A stretch of 64,000 bases of DNA from an uncultured Candidatus Saccharibacteria bacterium (GTDB lineage: Bacteria > Patescibacteriota > Minisyncoccia > UBA6257 > 2-01-FULL-56-20). Position numbers and translations under genes: made by a program. The notes below the pieces were generated by a model. The model made no database searches. It had not been told where the DNA came from and saw nothing but the letters and a program-made list of their open reading frames with translations. Every line of letters starts with the position of its first letter. Position 1 is the stretch's first letter. Positions 19,549 through 30,184 of the stretch are shown here, piece after piece. The stretch spans positions 174,850 to 238,849 of the forward strand of contig OZ246418.1 of the NCBI GenBank assembly GCA_965231155.1, written 5' to 3'.

Positions 19549-19550
19549 GC

Positions 19551-20156
19551 CTATTGAGCACTACCCTTCTGGACCAGTTGGTCAAAATAATCTTTGAAGT
19601 ACTTCGTCATTAAGTGCATGATCGTGTGATGAACACTCTCCACAATCTCGTACTGCCCCTTCTCAGTCTTCACGAGGATCTTCGCATCAGATAACTGGTT
19701 CAGTTTTCCACCATCAAAGCCAGAGAGACCGATAACTGGCACGTGACGGCTCTTCGCGAGCTCTACTCCCTTGATAACATTTGTTGAATTCCCAGAACTC
19801 GAAATAGCAATAACCACATCGGCATCCTGAAGGTAGTTCTGCAAGGGGCCAGCAAAGACCATATCGAATCCCTCGTCGTTAGCCCAAGCAGTTAACTCAG
19901 ATTCGGTGGTTGGTACTCGGATAGCTTGAAAGCGACGATTATGCTTATCAAGGTGATGGCTAAAAACTGTCTTGTTGAAATCGCTGACCCAGTGGGTGGC
20001 AATGGCCAGCGAACCACCGTTCCCGAAAACATAGATTCGACCATCACGTTCATAGACGGCTTCTAAAATATTCAGAGCTTTTGCAATCTCTTCTGAGGGT
20101 AGCTGATAAAGAGAGTCCGCTACTCGTGAAGAAAAGTCTTCGATATATTTTTTCAT
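19551..20156 (-). CDS. gmhA: SIS-domain phosphoheptose isomerase-like protein (divergent GmhA)
   Basis: GNGGS, TAWAND, ISSSGNSTNV. Confidence 0.8.
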   Translation of the reverse strand: MKKYIEDFSSRVADSLYQLPSEEIAKALNILEAVYERDGRIYVFGNGGSLAIATHWVSDFNKTVFSHHLDKHNRRFQAIRVPTTESELTAWANDEGFDMVFAGPLQNYLQDADVVIAISSSGNSTNVIKGVELAKSRHVPVIGLSGFDGGKLNQLSDAKILVKTEKGQYEIVESVHHTIMHLMTKYFKDYFDQLVQKGSAQ

Positions 20157-20159
20157 ATA

Positions 20160-21182
20160 TTAAGCAAAGGTTGGTCGCTCGGTATTACCATGATACAGGA
20201 TCTGGGCGCCCGACTGCACAAAGTGAACAGGCACTTCGCGAAAATCTGCTAAGTTATGCTTCTGGCCCATCTTTTGCATAGCCAGACGAATGGCAGGATG
20301 CTTCTCTGGTTTGGCCAGAAGGAGAATGCAACCACCGCCACCAGCACCAAGAATCTTCCCGCCCCAAGCGCCCTCACTTAACCCGGCTTCGTACAAACTA
20401 TCAATGGAAGCAGTCGACATATTCGAAGCCAGAGATTTCTTCCTAGACCAACCTTCGTGGAGCATCTTCCCCATACCCTCGATATCACCGGCCATCAAGC
20501 GACTTTCAAATTCAGGGACGGAATCTGACATCTGCTTCAGAGTTTCGAAACGATTCTGAATATTCGCCTTTTGCTCGGTGAGCACAGACGAGGCAGCACG
20601 AGTGATCCCGGTGTAAAAAAGAAGAATATGATCTTCTAAGGCCAAACGTTTTTTGTAGTCCAGAAGTACCGGCCTTACAGTCACTGTGCTATCTGGATTA
20701 AACTGAAAAATATTAAATCCACCGAAGGCTGAGGCGTACTGATCCTGAAGACCAACCGGTTCTTTTAGAAGTTCCAGTTCAAGACGGACAGCCTCACGAG
20801 CCGCTGACTCCTGGTCTAGTTTTTTCCCCAAATGCGCATGAAGTGCCTTCAAGAGTGCTACTGAAAAACTAGAGGATGAACCGAGGCCAGTCTTACTCGG
20901 AAGATCTGAAAATGAAGCGATTTCCAGGCCTTGGTGAATGCCTAGGTCTAGCAAGGCGGCCTTGAGACGGGTATGCTCAAGCTCGTTAGGATGATTTACT
21001 AATTCTGTCTGGGTATATTTAGCGGTAATTTTATCAACCAGAGGCGTGGGATTAACCAGAATATGGACGTACTTATCAATGGCCGTAGAAATAACTCGCC
21101 CTGGATACTGATGAAAAAAATCGGGTATATCTGTACCTCCACCGACGAAACTAACTCGGAGAGGAGCGCGCACAATAATCAT
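20160..21182 (-). CDS. hddA: GHMP kinase, heptose-7-phosphate kinase type, copy 1
   Basis: APLRVSFVGGGTD, GLGSSS, GLQDQY, GGKILGAGGGG. Confidence 0.88.
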   Translation of the reverse strand: MIIVRAPLRVSFVGGGTDIPDFFHQYPGRVISTAIDKYVHILVNPTPLVDKITAKYTQTELVNHPNELEHTRLKAALLDLGIHQGLEIASFSDLPSKTGLGSSSSFSVALLKALHAHLGKKLDQESAAREAVRLELELLKEPVGLQDQYASAFGGFNIFQFNPDSTVTVRPVLLDYKKRLALEDHILLFYTGITRAASSVLTEQKANIQNRFETLKQMSDSVPEFESRLMAGDIEGMGKMLHEGWSRKKSLASNMSTASIDSLYEAGLSEGAWGGKILGAGGGGCILLLAKPEKHPAIRLAMQKMGQKHNLADFREVPVHFVQSGAQILYHGNTERPTFA

Positions 21183-21259
21183 GCCCCGAATATTACCCAA
21201 ATTTCCGAGAAACGTCAAAGACAAGGAATTCCGGAAGAATATCAGAACGCCCTATTTTT

Positions 21260-22090
21260 TTAAAACGATCGACGCTTCCAAAAAGAAAGAACGGTATGCA
21301 ATCTCTTCCTTATAAAAACTGGGAGAAAAGAATAAAGGTACTGGGAAAGATTCAAGCTAAAACCAAACCAGAACCGAGGGTAGTCGTGACGATGCGTCCA
21401 CAGAAAAGACAAGATAGTCCTTGCTTGAGCGTGTTGATGAACAAAAGACTTATTTTGGCCAGCGAGGAGATACGCGGTGAAATATTCCGGGATGTTGTAC
21501 ATCTTCCCCTTAGTACCAAGTTTCAACCACAACTCCCAATCTTCGGCGTACTGCCAGTGACCATAGCCACCAACAGCTAACACAGTTTCTCGACGAAACA
21601 TTACCGTGGTATGCGAAAAGGGATTCGCGAAAAGAGCACCTCGGCGAATATCTTCATCTTTCTCTTTCTTGAGATAGCGATAGAGCTCTTTATTATCCTT
21701 ATCAATCATGACCATTCCACTGCCAACCAAAACATAATCTAGATGAGCCTCTAGAAATTCAACCTGACGGACCAATTTTTCTGGATCTCGCCAGTAATCA
21801 TCATCATCCAATCGGGCAATGTACTCCCCCTTGGAAACTGCAATACCATCGTTCAAAATCTTCGAAATATCTGGATAACTATTTTTTTGATTATGAATAA
21901 CTTTGATCCGTGAATCTTTCTTCTGCCATTCTTCGAGGACAGCCCCAGTTTGATCAGTTGAAGCATCATTAATAATAATGAGTTCCCAATTTTTGTAAGT
22001 CTGATCGACAACGCTCTGAATAGCCCTATCGAGCAACATCGCTCGATTATAGGTTGGCATTACAATAGAAACCAACGGTTCAGGAGTCAT
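21260..22090 (-). CDS. Glycosyltransferase family 2
   Basis: VMPTYNR, DASTD, RLDDDD, AEDWELW. Confidence 0.93.
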   Translation of the reverse strand: MTPEPLVSIVMPTYNRAMLLDRAIQSVVDQTYKNWELIIINDASTDQTGAVLEEWQKKDSRIKVIHNQKNSYPDISKILNDGIAVSKGEYIARLDDDDYWRDPEKLVRQVEFLEAHLDYVLVGSGMVMIDKDNKELYRYLKKEKDEDIRRGALFANPFSHTTVMFRRETVLAVGGYGHWQYAEDWELWLKLGTKGKMYNIPEYFTAYLLAGQNKSFVHQHAQARTILSFLWTHRHDYPRFWFGFSLNLSQYLYSFLPVFIRKRLHTVLSFWKRRSF

Positions 22091-22094
22091 TGTT

Positions 22095-22784
22095 TTAAAT
22101 TACTTTAGGCTGTCGTGCCTCCCAAAAAAGACAGTAGTCGGAAGCAACCTCTACTTTGACTTGATCAAAAAACTCTTTAAGAACAGCTTCGAGATCCTTC
22201 CGACTGTACTCCCGAAGATGAAAGCGAGAACCAGAAAAAGTTTTATATGGAGTAGGATTATGAGGCGTAGAGCCGATATAAAGACCATCCGGCTTTAAGG
22301 CCATAACAATTCGTGAAAGAAGTCGACGGTACTCCTCCTCCGTAATATGTTCGATAAACTCACTCGAAACAACAACATCAAATCCAGAAGGCAAAGTCTG
22401 ATCTTTTGCTAAATCCTGACTCTGATAGTGAATCTTCTCATTTGTAGAACGGAAGTCGTTAATTTTATCTAAGCCAATAATCTCAGTGACTTTTTCATTC
22501 CCTGCGAGACGACGAGTAAGGTATCCATGGCCACAACCGATATCCAGGACTCGACCGTAGACCTTCTGAGTCAGAACGGTAGCGTAGGATTCGAAATAAG
22601 AATCTCCATCACCAGCTTCGTGTTCGTCAGGACGTTCAGCGCCAAGCCTAGAGAAATAACGCTTATCGAAAGCCATTGAAATCTCACGAACCAAAGGGAT
22701 CTTTTTGGCTTGCCACCGCAGTCGCCGAACGAACAACCGAACCCTTGGAAAACGGTCGAGGAATTTTCTTAGAAATTTCATCAT
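22095..22784 (-). CDS. Class I SAM-dependent methyltransferase
   Basis: VLDIGCGHG, FDVVVSSEFIEH, LKPDG...STP. Confidence 0.9.
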   Translation of the reverse strand: MMKFLRKFLDRFPRVRLFVRRLRWQAKKIPLVREISMAFDKRYFSRLGAERPDEHEAGDGDSYFESYATVLTQKVYGRVLDIGCGHGYLTRRLAGNEKVTEIIGLDKINDFRSTNEKIHYQSQDLAKDQTLPSGFDVVVSSEFIEHITEEEYRRLLSRIVMALKPDGLYIGSTPHNPTPYKTFSGSRFHLREYSRKDLEAVLKEFFDQVKVEVASDYCLFWEARQPKVI

Positions 22785-22842
22785 AATGCCTCAATAGTAC
22801 TTGAACCGAAGGCCTCTATCAACTACCCAAATAGGGAGAAGC

Positions 22843-23544
22843 CTACCACTCTTTAATAGCTCGCTCCCAGCGTTCCAGTGTTCCACAATCGAAACATCGG
22901 GCATAGTGGTCACGAAAACCATAGAGTCTTCCTTGGCGGGCAAGATCCGGAAGAAGGTCCTGTTCAATCATTATTAAATCCTTACTGAAATCAATATCAT
23001 TAAAAATTTCTGGCTCCATAACATACAATCCACCGCTCACGAAATCTGATGATGGTTCTACTGGTTTCTCCAAAAATGAAACAATCTGATCACCACTCAT
23101 CGTGGGAACTCCGAAGTTGTGTGGATCTGGAACTCTCATCAGTGCCAAAGTTACTTTAGCCTTGGAGCTCTTGTGAGCTGTCAATAAAGCTGTGAGATCA
23201 AAATCTTTCAGATCGTCGCCATTTGAAACAACGAATGTCTCCTGGCCTAACCAATCCCGTAGTAGCTCAAATCCTCCCAGTGTTCCTCGTGGGTGTGGTT
23301 CATGAAAAATTCTTATCGGAACAGCAGGTAGCTCATCAGCCCAAGCTTTGTGCCAACGACGAAAATCATCGGCGTGCTCCTGAGCGGCAAGAAGTCCGAT
23401 CTCGGTCACACTATGACGCGCCAAAAACTCAATGGTGTGATTAACAATCGGTTTTTTCTGAACCGGAATAAGTGGCTTAGGAAGCTCGTAGGTGACTGGC
23501 CTTAGACGGGTACCACGACCCCCAACAAGAATAACGGCTTTCAT
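22843..23544 (-). CDS. Nucleotidyltransferase (mannose-1-phosphate guanylyltransferase-like)
   Basis: MKAVILVGGRGTRLRPVTYELPKPL, NGD, FLEKP, DCGT; start at ATG 23544. Confidence 0.88.
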   Translation of the reverse strand: MKAVILVGGRGTRLRPVTYELPKPLIPVQKKPIVNHTIEFLARHSVTEIGLLAAQEHADDFRRWHKAWADELPAVPIRIFHEPHPRGTLGGFELLRDWLGQETFVVSNGDDLKDFDLTALLTAHKSSKAKVTLALMRVPDPHNFGVPTMSGDQIVSFLEKPVEPSSDFVSGGLYVMEPEIFNDIDFSKDLIMIEQDLLPDLARQGRLYGFRDHYARCFDCGTLERWERAIKEW

Positions 23545-23643
23545 AGTTTGGAAATGATTATAAGGAGATGGAGTACGCAGATCTGGGAGTCCTTGGTCTT
23601 CCCTAAATGAATATGCTAACCTTTCCCTACAAGAATACATATC

Positions 23644-25143
23644 ATGTCAGAGGAACAAAATCAAAGAATGAGTAAGGGGCATCGACTCAAAGTCTTCCTC
23701 CTTAAGAACTCCACTCTTCAACAAACGGTAGCAAAAAATACCTTCTGGCTCGCCGCGAGCAATATGGGAGGCCGCCTGCTCCGGGCTGTCATCATCATCT
23801 ACGCTGCCCGGGTACTGGGCGTGACTGAGTGGGGAGTGTTCTCTTATGCCATCACCCTTTCGGCACTAATGACTGTCTTCATCGACTTTGGTATTAACCA
23901 CATTGTAGTGAGGGAGGTGGGAAAGATTCTAGATAGCCAACGAAAATCTCAGTTAATTTCTACAGCCTTCTTTATTAAAATCGGACTACTCTTTATTGGT
24001 ATATTAGTTATTCTTTTTGCTGCACCACATTTTTCCACGATTCCTGCGGCAAAAGCCATCCTCCCTCTTATCGCCCTCCTCCTCGCCTTCGACTCTCTCC
24101 GAGAATTCGGATTCTCTCTGGCTAGGGCTTCAGAGAAGATGGAGTGGGAGGCGGGACTCTCTTTCGTAACCAACTCGGTCATTGTGATCTTTGGATTTCT
24201 ATTCTTATGGTTGGCACCTTCAGTCCAGTCGTTTACCCTGGCCTACGTAATCGGATCAGCAACTGGCACAATCATAACCTTCTTCACGCTACGTCACTAT
24301 TTCTTCAATCTTATTTCAAATTTCTCTCTACCCGACGTTAGATTTATTCTGACAACCGCTTGGCCATTCGCCGTCTCTACCTTGTTGGGAGGATTAATGA
24401 TCAACACGGATATTTTCATCATTAGTTGGCTGAGATCAGCAAGCGATGTTGGTCTTTACTCAGCTGGTCAGCGTATTATTCAGATCCTTTATATTGTTCC
24501 CTCTATCCTCGCAACAAGTGCCTTACCGATTTTTGGACGTTTGGCCATAAAAGACGACCAAAGAATGCGCCAGGCAACGGAAAGAATTCTAGGGCTAATT
24601 CTTCTCTTGGCTATTCCCCTGGCCCTAGGTGGCTTTCTCCTCGGACCACAAATAATCTCTCTGGCTTTTGGCGAGGCCTATGCGGGATCAGTTAGCTCAT
24701 TTCAAATCCTCGCGCTCACCATACTTGCTGACTTCCCCGCTGTGATTTTAGCGAACGCTATCTTTGCCTACAACAAACAACGAGGACTAATCATCTACTC
24801 AGCTATCGGCGGATTCTTAAATGTCATTCTTGATCTTCTCTTCATCCCCTACTGGGGAATTGCTGGATGCGCCCTGTCTACTCTCATTGCTCAAATTGTC
24901 AGTAATATTTACCTTTGGAGTTCACTTAAAAAAATCAATCCCTTCAGCGTAGGTCAACGACTCTATAAAATTATGGTAGCTACTATAGCCATGGGAGCAA
25001 CCATCGTCTTCCTCGTGTCACTCTCCCTGCATATTCTCATTATCATTCCACTCGCTAGCCTTCTTTATATCGCTAGTCTCGTCGCTCTCAAAGACCCTCT
25101 TCTCGAGGAAGGTCGAGCTCTATGGATAGCCTCAGAGCGTTAG
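23644..25143 (+). CDS. wzx: Polysaccharide flippase (Wzx), copy 2
   Basis: Paralog of 15787-17238 (KNTFWL, IIIYAARVLG, VGLYSAGQRI). Confidence 0.92.
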   Translation: MSEEQNQRMSKGHRLKVFLLKNSTLQQTVAKNTFWLAASNMGGRLLRAVIIIYAARVLGVTEWGVFSYAITLSALMTVFIDFGINHIVVREVGKILDSQRKSQLISTAFFIKIGLLFIGILVILFAAPHFSTIPAAKAILPLIALLLAFDSLREFGFSLARASEKMEWEAGLSFVTNSVIVIFGFLFLWLAPSVQSFTLAYVIGSATGTIITFFTLRHYFFNLISNFSLPDVRFILTTAWPFAVSTLLGGLMINTDIFIISWLRSASDVGLYSAGQRIIQILYIVPSILATSALPIFGRLAIKDDQRMRQATERILGLILLLAIPLALGGFLLGPQIISLAFGEAYAGSVSSFQILALTILADFPAVILANAIFAYNKQRGLIIYSAIGGFLNVILDLLFIPYWGIAGCALSTLIAQIVSNIYLWSSLKKINPFSVGQRLYKIMVATIAMGATIVFLVSLSLHILIIIPLASLLYIASLVALKDPLLEEGRALWIASER

Positions 25144-26214
25144 TCCAATTTTTTCAAAAACACTAGCCAGGCGCTTTTGGGCGGTGTGATCTCGCAAAGT
25201 CCGCTCATAGCCAGCCCGCGCGATTCTCTCTCGTTCAGTATCGTGCTCTAAATAATATTTTATTTTTTTGATCAGATCAGCGACGCCATTGTACATAACT
25301 ATCTCCTCACCATCGACATAATAATCAGACAACGCATCAGCATCATCCGTAATTTCTAGAGAACCACACGCCGGAATTTCAAAATTGCGCCCCTTAATCA
25401 TGAGTGTTCGTTTCTGCAACCACTCTCGTAAATTACTAAAAAAATGATGAAGGTCTAATTTGATGGGTAAACCACCCTCACCCAGCTCTCTCCGCCTTAA
25501 GAAAAGTCGAACGAGAGGTTTTATACCTATATAGAAAGCGGAGATGTTCATAGCTAGCCCAATCTTGCTTCGAGACATAATCTCCACCATTTCTGTCTGC
25601 GAAACTGGTCCCTCTGGCCACCCATTTCCTCTTACACATACGCTAATTCCTGCGCTCCGAAGAGCCTCGATAACTCTTTGACGAGGTTTAGTCCACGTCC
25701 CCACAAACGCAACATCGATATCTTTCACTGAGGCGGTGGGGTGATAAATCTCGGTCTGTACTGGTGCTGAGGAATAAATTACTCGACAACCAAGGCGTTC
25801 GTATTTCGGAATTGCCTTCGAGTAGGTGGTAACCACATAGGAGTAGTAAGGGCCAAAATGTTTCGATAAGCTATCGAAACGAAAGTTATCATCTCCACAC
25901 CAGTACACAGTGGTCACACCACGGGCGGTTATCTTCTGAATAGTAGTCTTCTGTATAGCGTGATCTCCAATGTAAAAAAAGCAAATATCAGGCTTCTCTC
26001 GCTCGACAGTCATAAGTAAATCCTTGTTCATAGCCACTCGATCACCCTTGAGGGCGATTACTTCGTCAACCCAGTAAGGTATGAGTGTGTGCTGTGGCGT
26101 CCCATACCGCAGGAAAGTCAGGTACCACGCATAGTAGTCATGGCTATGCTCTCGACCGGTTCGCTGCCACTTCACATCATAGTCACGATTTAAACCAATA
26201 AAGAATATCTTCAT
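25132..26214 (-). CDS. CgeB-like glycosyltransferase (Glyco_trans_1_2)
   Basis: WCGDD, DVAFVG, KGRNFEIPACG, ERERIARAGYERTLRDHT. Confidence 0.85.
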   Translation of the reverse strand: MKIFFIGLNRDYDVKWQRTGREHSHDYYAWYLTFLRYGTPQHTLIPYWVDEVIALKGDRVAMNKDLLMTVEREKPDICFFYIGDHAIQKTTIQKITARGVTTVYWCGDDNFRFDSLSKHFGPYYSYVVTTYSKAIPKYERLGCRVIYSSAPVQTEIYHPTASVKDIDVAFVGTWTKPRQRVIEALRSAGISVCVRGNGWPEGPVSQTEMVEIMSRSKIGLAMNISAFYIGIKPLVRLFLRRRELGEGGLPIKLDLHHFFSNLREWLQKRTLMIKGRNFEIPACGSLEITDDADALSDYYVDGEEIVMYNGVADLIKKIKYYLEHDTERERIARAGYERTLRDHTAQKRLASVFEKIGLTL

Positions 26215-26215
26215 C

Positions 26216-27184
26216 CTATACTTTGATTAATCGTTTCAATGAACGGACTAGTCGAACCGCCCATGGCCAACGCACTGTTTTCTGAACAATCGGTCGTAGT
26301 CGGTATTTTAATTCACTCACGATAAGTCGTGACGAAAAGACCTGCTCTCGGATAAATCTATTTCGCGAAAAAGTCCCCGGAATAATTTCCCCGTTCGCTG
26401 AACGGTAACGATGTTCAATCTGGCCAGACAAAAGTTTTTTACGATACTCCTTGCCTAGTCTGATATAGCTATCATAGACAGTATTGCCAGTACCAGCAGT
26501 GGCCCACTGCTGCCCCTGTTGATCACCATGGATCCTCCCAAAATTAGCTGCTCGACGGATAAAATGTGGCAGGTAGCCACGCTTATGGAAATGATAATTA
26601 AACTCCATCCAGGGATCGAACTGAACTACTCCGTTCACTCGAAACTCGGTTTCGTTGTATGACCGAAAACACTGCTCAAAAACTTCTCGTCGAACACAGA
26701 AGTTTCCCTCTGGAAACCAGAAGAATGTGGCAAGCCAGTAGTACAAGAAATCCCTCCCCTGAGGAGGCTCTTTCTGGGCAAACTGCGGATAAGAGAGCTC
26801 CCCAAGACGACCATCCTCTGACATGTACTGAGGAAGGCCCCAGACGAGAGAAATATCTGAATTTTTTTCCATTACCTCCACGCACTGTCTAATCCAATCC
26901 TGATCTAGATATCCATCAGTTACCGCACACTGCATAATATACTTCCCCTGGCTACGCTTCAAACCCTTGTCAAAAGCCTCATATGATCCATGATCTTTTT
27001 CTGATAACCACTGAACATTTGGATACTGCCGGAGAATAGAGACTGAATCATCAGTCGAACCACCATCGATTACTAGATGCTCAATATTTTTATATGACTG
27101 TCTTAGAACAGAGTCGAGAGTATCCCGCAAAAAACGACCGTGATTGAAATTCGTAGAAATAACAGATACAAGAGGCTCGGTCAT
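26216..27184 (-). CDS. Glycosyltransferase family 2
   Basis: VIDGGSTDDS, WLSEKDHG. Confidence 0.85.
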   Translation of the reverse strand: MTEPLVSVISTNFNHGRFLRDTLDSVLRQSYKNIEHLVIDGGSTDDSVSILRQYPNVQWLSEKDHGSYEAFDKGLKRSQGKYIMQCAVTDGYLDQDWIRQCVEVMEKNSDISLVWGLPQYMSEDGRLGELSYPQFAQKEPPQGRDFLYYWLATFFWFPEGNFCVRREVFEQCFRSYNETEFRVNGVVQFDPWMEFNYHFHKRGYLPHFIRRAANFGRIHGDQQGQQWATAGTGNTVYDSYIRLGKEYRKKLLSGQIEHRYRSANGEIIPGTFSRNRFIREQVFSSRLIVSELKYRLRPIVQKTVRWPWAVRLVRSLKRLIKV

Positions 27185-27203
27185 TGAGCTTGTTCTTACT
27201 ATA

Positions 27204-28208
27204 CTACTTTATATGCTTCTCTGTCGGTGCGTAGTAGATGATCTGACTGCCTAAATTCTCAAAAGCAAAGGGAACATAGAGAAGATCTGAGAGTACCGCT
27301 CTTATCTTCGGCTGATCTTCCGGACGAACAAAAAATAACATAAATCCACCACCGCCAGCGCCAAGTAGCTTCCCACCTAGCGCACCAGCCTTCCGGCCTC
27401 GCTCATAAATCTCGTCGATACTGTCATTAGAGATTCTCTTGGTCAGCTGACGCTTAATCTGCCAGGCTTCGTCAAGTAAACGCCCGAAATCGTCCAGGCC
27501 ACCCTGACTATTTAAAATATCGATTGCCTGATCAACTGTCTCTCTCATTCGTTGTAACTCGCTTGTCTTCAAAGGGGTGCTCTTTATCTGCTCTTCGGCA
27601 ATTTCAGAAGCCATTCTTGTAAATCCAGTGAAGAAAAGCATAAGGTGATCCTGAAACGACTGTAGACGAGGAGCCGACAAAATAATTGGAGAAACCGTAA
27701 TTTTCTGAGGACCTCCGAACACAATTTTATTCAGACCACCAAAAGCCGCGACTACCTGATCCTGAGATCCCACATGTTCTTTTATTCGTTCTTGTTCAAC
27801 CTGTATAGCATCTAGGGCGAGTTGCCTCTTTGTAACCATTCTTCCCTGCAAGGCGTGAAGGGCGTGGAGTAATCCGACAGTGAAGGATGAGCTGGAACCC
27901 AATCCGGAACGGGCGGGGAGATCAGCATTGTGATGTATTTCTAAATCTTCAACCTGATTCAGAAATTTCATCGCCTCCCGAACTGCGGGATGTTCAACAT
28001 CATGAACCGACTTGGCCATCTGAATCTTCGACCAAACAATTCTGATATTGCTATCAAAAAATGGTGGAAGGTGACGACAGCTAATATAACAGTATTTGTT
28101 AATAGAAGTAGACAAAACTGCTCCATCTCCATTGTTCTCATACCAGACAGGATAGTCTGTACCGCCACCGAAGAATGAGATTCGAAAAGGGGTTCTGCTA
28201 ATAATCAT
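27204..28208 (-). CDS. hddA: GHMP kinase, heptose-7-phosphate kinase type, copy 2
   Basis: TPFRISFFGGGTDYP, SGLGSSS, GSQDQ, GGKLLGAGGGG. Confidence 0.9.
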   Translation of the reverse strand: MIISRTPFRISFFGGGTDYPVWYENNGDGAVLSTSINKYCYISCRHLPPFFDSNIRIVWSKIQMAKSVHDVEHPAVREAMKFLNQVEDLEIHHNADLPARSGLGSSSSFTVGLLHALHALQGRMVTKRQLALDAIQVEQERIKEHVGSQDQVVAAFGGLNKIVFGGPQKITVSPIILSAPRLQSFQDHLMLFFTGFTRMASEIAEEQIKSTPLKTSELQRMRETVDQAIDILNSQGGLDDFGRLLDEAWQIKRQLTKRISNDSIDEIYERGRKAGALGGKLLGAGGGGFMLFFVRPEDQPKIRAVLSDLLYVPFAFENLGSQIIYYAPTEKHIK

Positions 28209-28213
28209 AGTAA

Positions 28214-28882
28214 TTAATGACCAATCAAGACATCCTGGACCAAGGGCACGTTCTTAAGGTCTGCAAAAGTCCCTATCACCTGATCGGCTTCTTTCAGCTT
28301 ATCTTCGCCTAGGGTTGAAGAAATTGCAATGCAATACGCACCGGCGGCCTTAGCCGACTGGATACCTAACGGAGCGTTTTCTACTACAATACATTCATTA
28401 ATTGGAATATTAAGCTCAAACGCAGCACGCTCATAAGGATCGGGAAATGGTTTATTTCTCTCTGTTTTTTCTCCAGTAATAACGGCCTGAAATTGTTCAA
28501 GAAAACCCGTAGGAACAGACTGAGATAATCGAGAGTAAAGGCCAGCACTGACAATGGCTATTGGCACTTTCTTTTCGGCTAGCTCCCCGATAAACGTCTG
28601 GACACCCTGGTAAAAACGGAAAGAATGTCTGGCTATATAAGAAGCTTCTTTCTTTTTTACAATGTCAGCGTAGTCTACACCACGCACGCCATACCTCTCG
28701 CAAAGCAATCGAGCCACCTCGGCCAACTTCATTCCTTCGAGTAGAAAGTATTCTTCTTTCTCTATATCGGCACCGACCTCATGAAGAACTTGCTTCCAGG
28801 CTAAAAAATTATCTTCCATGGTGTCGGCTAAGACTCCATCAAAGTCAAAAAGGATGGCTCGGTAACGACCGAGAGTAGTCAT
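28214..28882 (-). CDS. HAD-superfamily phosphatase (beta-PGM-like)
   Basis: FDFDGVLADT, KPFPDPY, VVENAPLG. Confidence 0.9.
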   Translation of the reverse strand: MTTLGRYRAILFDFDGVLADTMEDNFLAWKQVLHEVGADIEKEEYFLLEGMKLAEVARLLCERYGVRGVDYADIVKKKEASYIARHSFRFYQGVQTFIGELAEKKVPIAIVSAGLYSRLSQSVPTGFLEQFQAVITGEKTERNKPFPDPYERAAFELNIPINECIVVENAPLGIQSAKAAGAYCIAISSTLGEDKLKEADQVIGTFADLKNVPLVQDVLIGH

Positions 28883-28891
28883 ATTGTAATT

Positions 28892-29401
28892 TTACTTGGT
28901 AGCCAACTCAAGAACCGCTTTCATCCAAGGCCCCATATAACGGTAGTGGGGTGAAGTGACAATGTTTTTATCTACAACTGCAGGCGCGTCCACAAACTCG
29001 GCACCGGCATTATTAATATCATCCTTCAGGCTGTAGTAACCACTGATTTTTCTTCCTTTAACTACTTTGGCCGAAATCAGAAGCTGAGCGCCATGACAGA
29101 TGCAGGCAATCACCTTACCTTTGGAGTCCCAGAGGTTGATAAAATCAATAACTTTTTGATTCTGTCGGATGTACTCCATCGCGCGAGCGCCTCCCGGAAT
29201 AACCAGAATATCATATTCATCAGGGTTAAGATTCTCGGTGGTAATATGCACCGGTATCTTAAGGCCAGCCACACCAAACGTTTCTTTGCCATCCTCAGTT
29301 GCCACCACCACTTCGTAGCCGTCTTCCTGTAAACGGTAGTAAGGATAAATGAATTCTGGGTCCTGCACGAACTTTCCGGTAATAATAAGGGCTTTTTTCA
29401 T
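28892..29401 (-). CDS. DJ-1/PfpI family protein
   Basis: IPGG, ICHG, VVDKNIVTS. Confidence 0.92.
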   Translation of the reverse strand: MKKALIITGKFVQDPEFIYPYYRLQEDGYEVVVATEDGKETFGVAGLKIPVHITTENLNPDEYDILVIPGGARAMEYIRQNQKVIDFINLWDSKGKVIACICHGAQLLISAKVVKGRKISGYYSLKDDINNAGAEFVDAPAVVDKNIVTSPHYRYMGPWMKAVLELATK

Positions 29402-29409
29402 AATTAGAT

Positions 29410-30174
29410 TTAGTATTTACGAATGAAAAGAATCTTCAAACCGTTGGTTAGCGTAACATTATCCGAAACTCCAAGCAACTCTTCACCATGGAAAACATCA
29501 GCATGACCGAAAAGAACATTGCCCGACTGATCTCTAATCTCTCCTTCTAAAAGCACTACGGCGCTATCAGCTACGCGGGGTGATAAGTTTTTAAAATGAT
29601 CAATATCCCTAACTTCAACTACCGCCAATTCGCATTCAGCAAAAACTCTCTTTTCTTCTGCCGTGGAAGCTTCATAAAAAGAAGGCATGACCGAAGGATT
29701 TCGTGGTTGGACGTGTTTGCCACTTTCATAACGACGCCCAGCGCGACCATAGATATCATCAAATCGAACCAAGTTTTTCTTGTTGACTGGCGTCTCAGTT
29801 TCTAAGAGAAAAATCCCACGTGGAGAAATTGCTTCGGTGGAATGGAAAACTCCCTTCTCGATAACTGCACCATCTCCCGGCTTGAGAGAAATTTTTTCAT
29901 CTAGAGTAGAGACAGCTCCCTCTCCGCCGAGTAGAACCATCGAAGTTTTCTTGGCTGGATGACAGTGCATTGAAGTCCGATGTCCTGGTTTGATAAAAAG
30001 AAGCCAAGAATCTACTCTGTCATTTTTGAAGATCGAATACTCGTGACCCCAAGGCTTCTCAATAACTACTGCCGAGTAGTCAAAGGGATCTTCAATAATG
30101 TCGATGGAAGGATCGGTTGGGAGGGAGGACAGCACTGTTTCATCCTTCTGAGAAAGATTAACTCTCTTGATCAT
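29410..30174 (-). CDS. Cupin-domain protein (mannose-6-phosphate isomerase type II-like)
   Basis: EKPWGHE, TSMHCH, GVFHST, VRFDDIYGR. Confidence 0.8.
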   Translation of the reverse strand: MIKRVNLSQKDETVLSSLPTDPSIDIIEDPFDYSAVVIEKPWGHEYSIFKNDRVDSWLLFIKPGHRTSMHCHPAKKTSMVLLGGEGAVSTLDEKISLKPGDGAVIEKGVFHSTEAISPRGIFLLETETPVNKKNLVRFDDIYGRAGRRYESGKHVQPRNPSVMPSFYEASTAEEKRVFAECELAVVEVRDIDHFKNLSPRVADSAVVLLEGEIRDQSGNVLFGHADVFHGEELLGVSDNVTLTNGLKILFIRKY

Positions 30175-30184
30175 GGCCTTGGAT

